A stretch of 63,751 bases of DNA, counting the filler, from Phoronis australis (taxonomy: Eukaryota > Animalia > Phoronida): NCBI GenBank assembly GCA_002633005.1. It is 7 parts of 7 records of this genome, joined end to end, with 100 filler letters (N's around TTAATTAATTAA, not from the genome) between each part and the next. Parts side by side here need not be neighbours in the genome. Positions count along the whole stretch, not along the records: positions 35,017 to 57,013 come from NMRA01000341.1; positions 57,114 to 59,728 come from NMRA01003552.1; positions 59,829 to 63,751 come from NMRA01000521.1; 4 more parts are not named here. One strand, 5' to 3'. The notes under the pieces are model-generated. The model was not told where the DNA came from. It ran no database searches and was given only the letters and a program-made list of their open reading frames with translations. A program made the position numbers and the translations under genes. Shown piece by piece: positions 47,725 through 60,777 of the stretch. Each line of letters opens with the position of its first letter. The first letter of the stretch is position 1.

Positions 47725-50700
47725 TCATTTTCTTTTATGTTTCTTCTTTTTAGTCCCACCACCTGAAACAGAAAAAAAAAGTGTAAATCATAAAGGTATG
47801 CGCGCTGACATGTCTGGATAGACAGGCAACTTCTACGTACAATATACTGACCACTGAATGTGTTGAAGTTAATTATTACAACTGGAGGAAAATAGATGAA
47901 CATACAAACTGAGCTCTGTTACATTATGTCCAGGTAAAAACAACAATATTGCCTAACCAAAGTCTTATAATTTCACTCTACTCATAAATTTGCTGGATTT
48001 CCATAAAATGACCCTGGGGGCAAATATGGGATTACTGAGGAATATACAGTCATTTCCAGGGATTTCATATTTTTGAGAACCAATTTCACCCTCATTATTC
48101 AGTGGTAGAAACTGGTTCTCAAAATATCTCCTGGACACCCCAGGCCTGTAAAAGGGACTCAGTCTAACACTAGCTACACGGAACTCTGTAACACTAAATT
48201 AATTTAACATCTAGCCAGAATTCTTTGACAGTCAAGTCAAACCCTTTTCATTCAATGCCATATTATGTCACTTTTGTTGAAAGTTTGTTGGAGCTTAATG
48301 TGACAGTGTTTAGGTAATGGACTTGCGTAGTAAGTTGTTGCCATTTCGCCTGGATGGAGCAACACCTGTCAAGATTTAGCCAGAATGGATATGAATTTCA
48401 GTGGAAAGTAAGGAGATTTAGTTATGGTTTTTTGCACTGCAACTTGGTCGAATGTCAACATTGTCCAGCTTATTTTGAAAGGTACTCTACATTATATACA
48501 TACATGTGTCTTGATGCAATAAAAAATAAAAATAAAACCATCAGACGGATTACAAGAACAGACTACAAGAAAAACAACACAGAGTAATGACATGCACCCA
48601 ATACATCACCACAAACGATATATGTCACTGAGTATCTTAAAAATGGCAATTAAATGGCACAGAATACATTGAGCCCATCAAAAAAATAGCAAGGCATTTT
48701 GTATACCTAATAGAAAACTATTTGCATTTTTTTTAACACTCCATCAAGGAGCTCCAAAGAACCAGACGTAAACGTAATATGAAAAACAAATTTCGATAAG
48801 GGAGGAAAGGGTTATTCGGATACGTCATCTTTTTTCAAGTTAATACTAGAAATAAACTTGCTAAACTTCCAAAAGAGCATAAAAGTTGATAGTCACATAA
48901 CTATTCAAAAAATGTCTCCAGGGTGAGCCACAGTAGTCGAACCTGTCTAAAAATACACGTTAGTTTGACACTTGTCAGTAGAACACATTTGCCAATTTTC
49001 ATAATGAGGGGTTCGGTGGAAACGGAGGCAGACGTCAAAAATAATAAAAATGGCGAAAAATTGGCACTGGACATGTCGAATAAATCCCAAAACGGAAAAT
49101 TACTGTTGCCTCAATTGAAGAAAATTATTTGCCACTTATTGTGAAAAACAGTTGAGAAACATTGAAGAGACACATGCAAACAACAAAAATTGCCACTAGA
49201 AGGGGAGTTGGGGCCATCCAAAGATTGTGGACAGCTTTATAGGAAAACTAGTCGAAGTTTCTGCAAAGGAGATGCAGCTGTGGTTGCAAAAAGACTAGGG
49301 CATGTGTAACTATCTTTTTCAGCGATGGAGATCATGGGTAAGATGCCCAACACTAAGTCTGATTGGATTTCTGTCTTTGACCAGTGGTCCCGATGGCTCA
49401 GTGGCTAGAGCATCTGCACGGTTAGCAGAAGGTCCTGGGTTCCAGTCCCGGTCGGGGGCAGAAATCTTTTCCGACTTATATTCATTAGGTTATGTGATGT
49501 GATAAAAAATATATAAACGGGATAAACTACTTGCACCTTCACTAGGGTGTACCATAGTTTAAAGACACAACCAAAACTCAATGTCGGCCATAATTTTTTC
49601 ATCAGAAACAAATCTGCTCCATGGTTTTTTCATCAGAAACAAATCGGCTCCATGGTTTTTTCATCGCAAACAAACCTGCTAAGTTTCATGATGACCCTTG
49701 TGAACAGTTTGGCAGATAAAGAGGATGGATGTCAACAAACACACTCAAAACAATACAAGAGCAACGCAAAGCGTTGAAATGCACCCACGACTACACCACA
49801 AACGGTATGATTCTAGTATCCTGGCAATGGTTATTAGATGGTGCAGAAAATGACTACTAGATGTTGCAGAAAGTGGCCATGAGATGGTGAAAAAAATGGC
49901 CACTAGATGGTGCAGAAAGTGGCCACTAGATGGTGCAGAAAGTGGCCACTAGATGGTGCAGAAAATGGCAAATCCATTCAAAAATTGGAAGGTGTCATCA
50001 TTTTAATAGAAAACTATGACAAATTTCATGAAAACCAGTTCAGGAACTCCAAAGAAACATTAATAATGTAAAGAATCGGGTTCATCGACATCTGCTCAAA
50101 TGTTTTCAATATGTCCGGACAGAGATGATAGCAGACACACAACTAGTTGCCCTTGTTTCACAAGTCAGCCACACATACCTTCATTCTTTGCGATGTTAGG
50201 AACTATGTCCTTGTTACTGGTGCATTGCTTTTCCCTCCAAACTGACAGTTTATTCTGGAAGTCAGCCAATGCAAAGTTTCTGAAGATGAATTTCCCTTGG
50301 AAGTCATTCTGAAGTCTCGTTGAATGTTTCACCAACTCTTTTGCTAATGATTCTTTTTGCTGTAACGATGCTCTGCTCCACACGGCATCCATGATGCGAC
50401 TACCATACTTGTGACATGAAAGCTCGGCCACATGTTTCTGAAAGAGCCAAGTCATGCAACAAAAAAGTAAGCATGTCTCTTGCTAAATGTCATCAACAGA
50501 CTGACTGCACATGAACTGGGGACGCATCAGCCAACTGTGTACCTTCAGTAATTATTCACAAGATACACCAATCAGTGCAACATAGACCACTGACACATTT
50601 GTAAAGCTTGTCCATGATTGGCTGCACATATACCACAACGCATACATTATTCAAATTGCCATACACCAATCTCTATGTAGAATAATGCAAGCCTACGTGG

Positions 50701-53700
50701 TGCAAATGATTGCAATGTCATGAGTGGACACACTTCCACAAATCTGCAAATGGTCACCAACAGACGCAACAAAAATGACTACATTTTTAATATTGTCATG
50801 GAGACCTGTTCCTGGAACTGTTAGCCAATTTCATTTCTACCAGAATATGGGACTTCACGGTTATCTCAAACTTTATTTAGTGGCCTCAATTCTAACTCGT
50901 TACCAATAAAAACAAGGCTTTGTCAACTATTATATATTTTCAGAAAGAAAAAAGATCAGGTAATATAAACTTGTGTTTTATGTTTATTATTAAGTTAACA
51001 CCTTTTATTTAAATGAAATTTTCATAGCAAAATAGACCCTTGGTCTTCTTTAATGAAACCATTTTTAAAATGAAAAATGCTGTAAGCGGGAGAAGTAACC
51101 AACCTGTCAACATTAACAGGTCAAAAATACCACCCATTTTTAGTGCATCACTTCTTACAGGAAGGACCACCCATAATTTGAGTTTTTTTCTGAAGACCAC
51201 CACCCATGAATTTTTATTTCTACTGCCGTCCCCCCCTCCCACACTGGAACAGCCCTTAGGAAACTGCAGTATGGCCATCACAGTACTCTGGTTACATTTA
51301 AATGCAGGTTGAGGACACTTTAAAGCTGCAAGGTCATGTAGGGCCCAACAAAATGTCCACATAAAGCTAACTTCAGAACATCATATCTCAGAAATGACAG
51401 TATAGATTCTTATCATAGTTTCAGATATTATGCTTTATGCACTGGCCTCAAAAACGCTGCTAGAAATTGTTTTTTAAATGTTCCAGTTGCCTGATAACGA
51501 CATCAGCTGCTGGGCCCTCATTTGAATGAAATGGAGGTCACAACAAAGCATAAAATGAATGCTTAAATCTAGCCTCACCTTGACTTTATCAAGAAGACTA
51601 CCAATGCCCTCTTCAGTCACAGCTGGAGACTTCAGGAATGCCTCTACAATATGACACCCCTTACTGCAGACAGACATGTTGCAGATTTCCTTGGACTGTA
51701 GATCCAGGAAGCTGGCGATCACAGAGTCACAGGCCTCCATTTGAAGTAAACTCTGAACAATCAGTGAGCCATGCAGATTAATGCTGTCCGATGAGAGCAT
51801 GGGAGGTGGTCTGGCAGGCTGTTTAGAAAAGGTAGTTATTACAGGCACACGAATCATTAATATGTCATGCAAGACAGTTCATTGGCTCACAAGAACATTC
51901 CAACTTGTTATACATCTAATGGAATGCTTTCCTGTTATCTTCAAGATTTTGCATTACATTTCTTCAACAGACAAAATGATACAAGACTTAGTATAACTAA
52001 TCATTACAACACCAATGATCGAGACTTCAGAGTCTATAAGCACAAGGTAAAAATACACTTTGTAGTTCATTGTAGAACTATGCAACAGCGATGGGTCTTG
52101 TCGAGCAAGTAGTAGCCTGAGTAGACTGAGTAAAGAAATGAAACATCACCTGATCTGATGTAGTATCAGCCAGCTGAAAGTACATCTCATATGTGGTCAG
52201 TGATGCTATGACTGGAACACATTTCACTTGTCTGTCTTCCTCGCTGCAGTGGAAGGCTTTCAGCATCACCTGCAAACAGCAAGACCTTATGGAAACATAA
52301 CATATTACAAAACATAACAACAAGACAAGACTTTGAAAATGTTAATCTGCAATGGGACTATTTCATAGACCATGTTGTCATTTAGAAATGATGGTTGCAT
52401 TCAAATATTAAAACACCGGATGTGCTACAACTTACCAAAGTCTTGACGTCTGTGATAGTCAAGACAATAAATGATAAGCAATAATCTTAAAATGTTTCAC
52501 GGAATAATTTCTAAACATTCTCACAAATTTCACTGAAAATTGAATTTCACCTTTTGTGAGACCCTCTGTGAATAGTTAGAAAATTAATGTACTCGCACAT
52601 ATTTAATTTAGAAAGGAATTTCGTCATTCAGTGTGCGTGTGTATGAATGGTGAGTGAATGTCGTACATTTCCACTGTTACATTTACATTTAGTTATCATT
52701 TGCTGTTCTCTTTCTTTTGAGAAATTAAATATTTAACCACAAAAAAGAAAATAAAGACATGGCACATTTGAAGAAACTTCACAGAAGAAATTCAATTGTT
52801 CATTTTTAGGAGAATGTAATGCATCATGTCAGCAATATCAGTTGCCACATGGAACATGGGTTTTCGAAAGCCGTTTTGGCACCCGTTCTCAATTGAATCA
52901 GGCCAGACAAAATTCTAGGTTCATTTCATATACAAATGCACTGGCACTCAACAGAAATGTAACAACACATTGTCAGTTACTAGCTCTTTCAAGGAACAGT
53001 CACTGACTCTTTCCATTAAGTGGAACTAAATCTCCTACTACAACAGCCATCTGGGTCCTTGCAATTAGCAAACTGAGAAGAATCATGATGGTAGGTTTAC
53101 ATACTTGGAGGCATGTATCATACATTTGTACATGAGCATAACGTCCAAGAACATGAATCATTCTTTGCCTAACAAGCGCTCGCACACACTACAGAGATCT
53201 GTGCTTTATAAGCAACAGGACAGGAGAAGACGCCAGTATGATTTGAAGTCAACTAACATACAAGAAGGGTGGGTTTATACCTGGATGAAAACAGTACTGA
53301 CACCAGAGGTTACAATCAGATTGTTTTCTATTTCATGTCATTCTTTTGACTAAGTTACCTTTATCAGCTTTTTCTGTTTCACCTTCAGAGAGACACTCCG
53401 CTTTAATAATGCAGTTATTACACCAGTTCTACTGTTGGCAAGGATGTCTTCAACATTTGACTTCAGCTCTTTGTAAATTTCCTGAAANTTGTCATTTAGA
53501 AACGATGGTTGCATTCAGATATTAAAACACCGGATGTGCTACAGCTTACTAAAGTCTTAACGTCTGTGATAGTCAAGACAATAATTGATAAGTAATAATC
53601 TAAGTTATAAATGTTTCACGGAATAATTTCTAAACTTTCTCACAAATTTCACTGAAAATTGAATTTCACCTTTTGTGAGACCCTCTGTGAATAGTTAGAA

Positions 53701-56158
53701 AATTAATGTACTCGCACATGTTTAATTTAGAAACTAAGGAATTTCGTCATTCAGAGTGCGTTTGTATGAAAATGGTGAGTGAATGTTATCATTTGCTATT
53801 CTCTTTCTTTTGTTATACAGAATTTGTTAAATGCACGACACTTTTCACTGTTCACGGTCTTTATTCCGTTGCGCTCATACTTTCTGAACAAGACCGTGAA
53901 CAATGAAAAGTGTCGTGCATTTAACAAATTCTGTATAACAGAAAACTTGCTCCCGAAGTACAGTCTCTTTCTTTTGAGAAATTAAATATTTAACCACAAA
54001 AAAGAAAATAAAGACATGGCACATTTGAAGAAACTTCACAGAAGAAATTCAATTGTTCATTGTTAGGAGAATGTAATGCATCATGTCAGTTGCCACATGG
54101 AACATGGGTTTTCGAAAGCCGTTTTGGCACCCATTCTCAATTGAATCAGGCCAGACAAAATTCTAGGTTCATTTCATCTACAAATGCACTGGCACTCAAC
54201 AGAAATGTAACAACACATTGTCAGTTACTAGCTCTTTCAAGGAACAGTCACTGACTCTTTCCATTAAGTGGAACTAAATCTCCTACTACAACAGCCATCT
54301 GGGTCCTTGCAATTAGCAAACTGAGAAGAATCATGATGGTAGGTTTACATACTTGGAGGCATGTATCATACATTTGTACATGAGCATAACGTCCAAGAAC
54401 ATGAATCATTCTTTGCCTAACAAGCGCTCGCACACACTACAGAGATCTGTGCTTTATAAGCAACAGGACAGGAGAAGACGCCAGTATGATTTGAAGTCAA
54501 CTAACATACAAGAAGGGTGGGTTTATACCTGGATGAAAACAGTACTGACACCAGAGGTTACAATCAGATTGTTTTCTATTTCATGTCATTCTTTTGACTA
54601 AGTTACCTTTATCAGCTTTTTCTGTTTCACCTTCAGAGAGACACTCCGCTTTAATAATGCAGTTATTACACCAGTTCTACTGTTGGCAAGGATGTCTTCA
54701 ACATTTGACTTCAGCTCTTTGTAAATTTCCTGAAACTATAAACACCTGCTCATGAAAGTTACACCCTTGATTTTAATAGTTAATATGTTCAAACAAGTTA
54801 CTTAACATATCTAAGAACAGTTGTTGGTCAATCCAGGTAAGTTCAATCTGGTCTGCAGCATAATACTCACAAAATTGGACTCCAAGAACCTCGGCGGCAT
54901 CATACCTCTTTCAAAGAGAAGATGGTGCAGTAGAAATGGCTAGAACCATCATCTCTTCTTTTCTCACGAGGTCTCGTCTGGTTACCAAGAGACGACCGTT
55001 CCTATCAATCTACAGTACCATCTTTCCTTTGAAAGAGGTGAGATGCATCCGAGGTTCTAGGAGTTCAGTTTTGTAAATACTGTCCAGCAGACTAGATTCA
55101 ATTTGATATGCAATTTAAGAACAGTGTTGGCGTGATATACTAATATTATACCTGCAAGCTCTTATGGCAGATACGCAAAATGATTGGTTCGGCTCTTTTA
55201 GGCTTTGTAGATCTAGACCTTATTCATAAGTTTGTACATTAAGCCAAATGTCTACAAAATTATTGATTTTAACAAAGTAAGAGAACACATTCTTAAAGTA
55301 GAAATGCAGAAAATTTTTTATTTCAGACTATACTATTAAAAATAAGTCATAAGTTGGGTCAAGCGACCATGTCTTGTTAGTGAATTTTGCAAGAAAATAC
55401 ATTCCTAGCAAAACAACGATATCACTAGCATGACCAACACTCACTTGATAAGAAAGTCCAACGCAAGGTGAAATCTCAAAAAAGTTTTTTGTTTCAGCTT
55501 CCTAAATTATAATTCCTTTTCCGTTTTCAACAATTTTTGATATTTTTCATAAAAATCATAAAAAGCCCTCTTTTATTATAGCATCTCACACAAAAGTGGA
55601 ACAATTTAAAAAAATACTAACAGCATTTTGGAGAGCAGGGCATTAAGCTCAGTATGTAAAAATTGTGTACGAATGGGATTGGCCATCTTCATTTATTTAT
55701 TTATTTATTAATGTAATATTTACAATGAGGGCAACCCCATCAGTTCACACTGCTTTCCAAGATATGATGTTTCAAAGTTAGCCAAATTTGGACATTTTTC
55801 TACAATCCCAGTATGTAACCTTAGCCCCATAGTCCTTAACAGGCTCAGCCATGTGGCGCCACATATTGGCTACCAATGAGAGAGGCTTTTACTAGGAAAA
55901 CAAACATCAACTGTTAGTGCTAGTATCAATACTCATAGCACTACTACCAAGATAGACTTTCAACTCACCAGCTGTACAGGGGCCACTTCAATTAAAGTCT
56001 GCAGCACATAGTTGGCTGTGTGGTGTAAAGCCATAACAAGAGATTTGCCCTTCAGATAGTTGGAGTAGATGAAATTACACTGGTCGTTGTCAGCCAATCG
56101 AAGACACTGCTGAAGGAGGTGAGAGGTCACGCTGTCAGTGAGTGCAGCAGGAAGGCCA
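47725..56158 (-). CDS. NOP9: Nucleolar protein 9 (PUF-like repeat protein), 3' exons
   Basis: In-phase exons 56158-55969, 54735-54607, 52269-52150, 51818-51579, 50437-50179 and 47762-47725 (stop). Motifs ALHHTANYVLQTLI, MLKAFHC..RQVKCVP, INLHGSLIVQSLL and LSCHKYGSRIMDAVW..KESLAKEL..ND FQGKF match NOP9. 5' exons were not found. Confidence 0.9.
49372..49484 (+). mobile_element. tRNA-derived element (SINE head or solo mini-LTR)
   Basis: GGTCCCGATGGCTCAGTGGCTAGAGCATCTGC-ACGGTTA-GCAGAAGGTCCTGGGTTCCAGTCCCGGTCGGG at 49386-49456: A box, anticodon-like stem, mutated B box. It is bounded by TGT...TCA. Confidence 0.65.
49828..49965. repeat. 23-bp tandem repeat x6, unit TGGCCACTAGATGGTGCAGAAAG (CTCF-motif-like)
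   Basis: Three near-perfect and three degenerate units, read directly. Confidence 0.9.
52375..54735. repeat. N-joined ~1.1-1.25-kb duplication including one NOP9 exon (52375-53487 vs 53489-54735)
   Basis: Near-identical copies separated by a single N at 53488. The NOP9 exon appears at both 53359-53487 and 54607-54735. Confidence 0.9.
53811..53963. mobile_element. Hairpin insertion present only in the second copy of the duplication
   Basis: ~51-bp arms at 53811-53861/53890-53940. Flanked by the direct repeat TCTCTTTCTTTTG (53800-53812, 53964-53976), which is single in the first copy. Confidence 0.75.
54842..55101. mobile_element. Old MITE with ~95-bp degenerate inverted arms
   Basis: caatctggtctgc..agaacctcgg..acctctttcaaag..agatggt..gtaga pairs with tctac..accatct..ctttgaaagaggt..ccgaggttct..gcagactagatt. 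Confidence 0.6.
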
Positions 56159-56819
56159 CTAGATAGGGAAGAAAACCGTCACTGTGGTTATCACATTGAA
56201 TTACACTTGCTAAATTTCACTAGATCCTTCAGAGGCTTACGAGAAACCACTGAGGCTGAAAAAAGCAAACTGTCACTAGGGGCTGCCACAGTCATCGAAT
56301 CTACTCTTCCCAGTAGGAACACATTTTATCAATTTTCATGACGATTCTTAGAGCAGTTTAGTAGATAGAGAAATACCAAAAAAACTAAAAATAATACAGT
56401 CGTTAGGAGGTGTACACTAATGCAATTCATCTGAAAACAAGAAGGTGCCATTACCTCTTCAATACAAACGTACTTGCCAAAATTCATAAGAACCTGACAA
56501 CTAAAGGAACTTCAAAGATACAGAGAGAAATGGAAAAAAATAGAATTGCCAGCAGTAGTCGGATCTGCTCGAAACTCGTAGTCTTCCGTTGTCACCTTTA
56601 AGCAAATAAACTAGACAGTCAAGTTTAACAAAGATCTTGCACAGGGTTTATGACAAAAAGCCAGACACAAAAAACAAAACTGCCACTAGGAGTCACCACA
56701 GTTGCCGACACTGTTCTCTTCCCAGTAGGAACATATATGCCAATTTTCATAATCATCCTTTGAGGGGTTTGGATGACATAGGTTTAAAAAAATTCAATTT
56801 GTCACGGAGTGACTGGTCT

Positions 56820-57013
56820 TCATCATCTTATCTTTCATAGTCTCCTATCATCTTACCCCTCATAGTCCCCATCATCCTACCTCTCATAGTCCCCATCATC
56901 CTACCTCCTATAGTCCCCATCATCCTACCTCTCACAGTCCCAATCATCCTAACTCTCACAGTCCCCATCATCCTACCTCTCAAAGTCCCCATCATCCTAC
57001 CTCTCACAGTCCC
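56820..57013. repeat. 24-bp minisatellite (CTCTCAYAGTCCCCATCATCCTAC)n running into a gap
   Basis: About 7-8 units, read directly. Confidence 0.92.
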
Positions 57014-57113
57014 NNNNNNNNNNNNNNNNNNNNNNNNNNNNNNNNNNNNNNNNNNNNTTAATTAATTAANNNNNNNNNNNNNNNNNNNNNNNNNNNNNNN
57101 NNNNNNNNNNNNN
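57014..57113. other. Artificial contig spacer
   Basis: N44-TTAATTAATTAA-N44. Confidence 0.97.
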
Positions 57114-57756
57114 TAGTCGTGTGGACAGTTGTCTTTCAAGTCAACCAGTTTCTTTTCCACACACACCCACTGCGTACGTTGTGTCCACTAGGTTGAACCG
57201 TTATGTCAATCCTCTTCTCAGCAATTCAAAAATTGCAAAAATAGAATCACCTTTGTATGCCAGGGATCGATGAGTCATTATTTCACTGATTGTCGATGCT
57301 CTTATTTATTGGAAAGTGCTTCATCATGTTTCCACTGACAGCTGATGCTCATATTAAATTTAAACATGTTAAAGCGACCTCAATCGTTTTTTCAAAGTCA
57401 ATAAACCGTCATTTTTCAACTTTAAAAATGATCTTTGAGGTCATTTTACATGGGGTTGGAATTAAATCCATGTTATACAGATTCAAAATGATAGCTGGGT
57501 TAATTAAATGGACGTCGCAGTAGACACACCCAAAATGGTAACTATGTCGAACGTAAACAATATTCTTTTGCATTCCAGTTTCCACCAATCCAAAGAACTG
57601 GGACTTGACAAAACCGTAAGTACACACTTAACTGTTGCTATGGTAACTCAGCTTTGAAGTTAAAGCACGTCGGGTAAATTTCTATCGATCAACATTACGG
57701 AACAAGTCCAATGCAGAAGTGGTCGCAAACTTTCAAATCGAAAAAAAACATATAGT

Positions 57757-57905
57757 TTCAGCGATGACTTTACCCGTTCAAGCGATCATTCAGCGATGAC
57801 TTTACCCGTTCAAGCGATCATTCAGCGATGACTTTACCCGTTCAAGCGATCATTCAGCGATGACTTTACCCGTTCAAGCGATCATTCAGCGATGACTTTA
57901 CCCGT
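57757..57905. repeat. 32-bp perfect tandem repeat (TTCAGCGATGACTTTACCCGTTCAAGCGATCA) x4.6
   Basis: Identical head-to-tail units without spacers, ending at the N at 57906. Confidence 0.95.
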
Positions 57906-59728
57906 NTCATTCATCGAACTTTCCTCGTGCGCAATTAGGAACACTACCTCGTCGTATTAAACAAACAAAAAGCAAAGGGTTCCTCTCGATGGTTTTCAAA
58001 GATGGCTCTGTAGCGTGCTGATTTTAGAATACAGAGAAGCCAACTTGTAATATCCACGTCATTGAGTTATCTATTTTCCTCCGCGCGCCATAGCTGTAGC
58101 GTCATCAGACCTTTACATGAATCTTGAAATATATCATCATCCGCATTACATGATTTAATGGATAACGGTTCCAGGTTCCTGTTCGAGCTGACACCTGTGG
58201 GTTTGATCGAGTTCGTCCATGTTCATCCCGAGGAACACAATGAGGTCTCCATGCTCAAAAAGGCCATCACCAGTCTGTTCATTGCCCACAAACCGGTAGG
58301 TATTCTTATCGTTATTTGTTTCAACGAGTACGCTTATACGTTTAGTATATTCATTAACCTACAACTGTATCGACGTATAACTCCTGCGGTCGTAGTTTTT
58401 CAACGCAAACCCAGCGGGTACACGGCAGAGTATTTTTAGTATATGTAATTGGTTACGTCACCGAACATGATTTCAGCGAGTGCCTAGCAGACAACGGCGA
58501 GAACAGATGATTTGTAATGAATTCTTTTTGTTTTATATATCTGTTAAAAATCGATAACTTCAAGAAGTCTATCCCATCCCATAATAACCCGTTTCCGGCA
58601 GCAAATCAATAATGTCCCTTTAAGTAGTTTTCCTTTAGTATCACCGGTCATTGGTTTTATTTTTAAAACGGTTGCCATGGGTAATCGTTTTAAAATTCCA
58701 AATTAGACCTAGAGCTTTAAATAGAAATTGTAAACAGCTGAGCAATTCCATATCATTTCTCTCTATCAACGCATAAAAATATTGAAGAATTTGCTTAAAC
58801 ACTTTCGACTGAGGGGATTTTGAAAATAACGGACGGACTGAAGACCCGGCGTCGAATAGGCTATGTAGACGCAGTGTATTTTTCGTTTAAAGAGAATAAG
58901 TTACCCTCGTTAACAAGAATTGAATTTCTCGAACGTGTTTTTAAATCTCAATGACCCCTAAAACTAGATATTTTCAAAATCTTTGATGATACCAGAATTT
59001 CTGTAGGCCTATGCACGGCGAAAGCAATCCGATTGGTAAGCGCATTCAGTATTTTCGTTTTTTTCTAAATTCGTGATTTTTCATGGCATTCACCTTATTT
59101 TCCACAAACATATTTTGTCGCAAGAAACTTGCACTAAATTCTGTTTCTTGGTTGCCAGAGACGGACATAAGGTCCTGAGCCCCCCGCTTGACTCAGTAGC
59201 CTACGGGTCTAGTGAACAAGACAACCTCCGTTCACGCGTGGCGCTATGAGTTGCAAGGTTCATGCAAAAGACAGTGTTAGTGGAAAAAATGATTTTTTCC
59301 TGACATTCTAGATATTGTAACTGTTTCACTAGTACTCCTAGAGCAATCGGCCTGCGGAATCATACCCCGCTCTCAACCTTCGGCATGTCGGTGGCAACGG
59401 GTCTCTAGGCTTACAAATTTGAAACCTGATTCAGCTCCCCTCTTAGAATGCTGTGCCTCAGTGAAAAAAAGATCTGCTTTATCTTCCCGCTGGCGGATAA
59501 TTTGTGGCGACTTCGCGAACGAGACAGTCGCCTTTCCTGGTGGATGGCGTCCTCAGTCCGATGGCAAAGATAGGAGACGCTGACTGTCCCGCTCTTTTGT
59601 AATTGGAGAACAGGAAACGACCAAAGGCGCGTGGTTTGTTCGGAGCACATTGTTCAAATTTGGCAAGGTTCAGAGATCCCCGTGTATGTATGCGTGCCGT
59701 TGGGCTATTTAGCTAGGAATGTTTTGTT

Positions 59729-59828
59729 NNNNNNNNNNNNNNNNNNNNNNNNNNNNNNNNNNNNNNNNNNNNTTAATTAATTAANNNNNNNNNNNNNNNN
59801 NNNNNNNNNNNNNNNNNNNNNNNNNNNN
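59729..59828. other. Artificial contig spacer
   Basis: N44-TTAATTAATTAA-N44. Confidence 0.97.
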
Positions 59829-60210
59829 TTAAACACATCGACAACCTCCTAAGGTGTTCCTCTATGCGCAAAATGTATTTATAACAACGTGACTTTGATG
59901 GTTTAGTCGGTGCGAGGCATAATTCGCCGAAAAGCTTCCGGCGTACAGAGCGCCTATAGCCTCTGCATCGCCTCTGGTTCGGGCCAACAGAGGCGATGGT
60001 CATTGCCTATGGTCGATGTAACCTCGGCAGCGCAATATAGCGGCATTCACTCTGCAGACGCAGCACTAACGCCGCTGCGTCGTTTCTCACCTTCTTCACA
60101 GGTTAACGCGACACCTCTCGGCAAGGTGAGGTCGACCGTATAAGAGGCGATGTGGATAAAGATCGATTAAGACGGTAAAAAAGACTAATTAAATCGGGTG
60201 GCATTCTCTT
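59829..60210 (-). mobile_element. Second copy of the Kolobok-like 5' end with a decayed THAP-like ORF
   Basis: 60045-60210 is homologous to 2301-2466. Downstream on the minus strand: MPLYCAA..PEPEAMQRL*..VRRK..APTKPSKSRC with stop and frameshifts. Confidence 0.6.
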
Positions 60211-60777
60211 TCGATACCTGCTACCGCCCCACCTAGCGGCACGCAGGGAACTAGCGAGTCAGCAATTGTGCTTCCGAATAACTTCTCAAAGTGCTTCCAC
60301 TTACCGGTAACAACTTTTAAAAACCAAAAACATGGTTTTCCCACAGACACTGCATTCAGGTTTAAAAGACCGAGCTGAATGATTGGTTTTGTTGAAAAAT
60401 AACGTCTGTAATTGAATATGATCAATGGGTTTTAGGTACACACTGAATCATGAAGCTGTAAATGTTAACAATGGGAAAGTGTGAATGAGCATTAGTGTGC
60501 CCAAGACCAAACTTCGTTCATAATTTTGTAATATTGTATTAGTTCTATTATACAAGAGAATAATCAGGAACAACTCACGCTGAAGTTAGTGAGAGTTGAT
60601 CGACAATCTGGCTTATATGCAAGCCCATGTGTTAGGTTTACTGTACAAGGCTGTTTCGTTATACATATTATTGAAATAATTTGGCAGTGATCTTTCTCGT
60701 ATACATATTTCATTTAGAGAGTTTGAAAGAACTGAAATTAAACTCGTAAAAACAGATAAAAGTCGTGTCTTCACGTT

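Noticed and set aside
49386-49459. Functional tRNA gene
   Set aside because: Non-canonical anticodon loop, mutated T-loop (GTTCCAG) and imperfect acceptor stem; treated as a tRNA-derived repeat.
57757-57905. 32-bp repeat as a CRISPR array
   Set aside because: Units are contiguous with no unique spacers, there are no cas genes, and the context is eukaryotic.
58158-58439. 93-aa ORF and an antisense open frame
   Set aside because: No recognisable family on either strand. It lies next to a transposon-like end, and could not be linked to the missing NOP9 5' exons.
20248-59828. Recurrent TTAATTAATTAA motif and ORFs ending in X..LIN
   Set aside because: Artificial six-frame-stop contig linkers, not biological.
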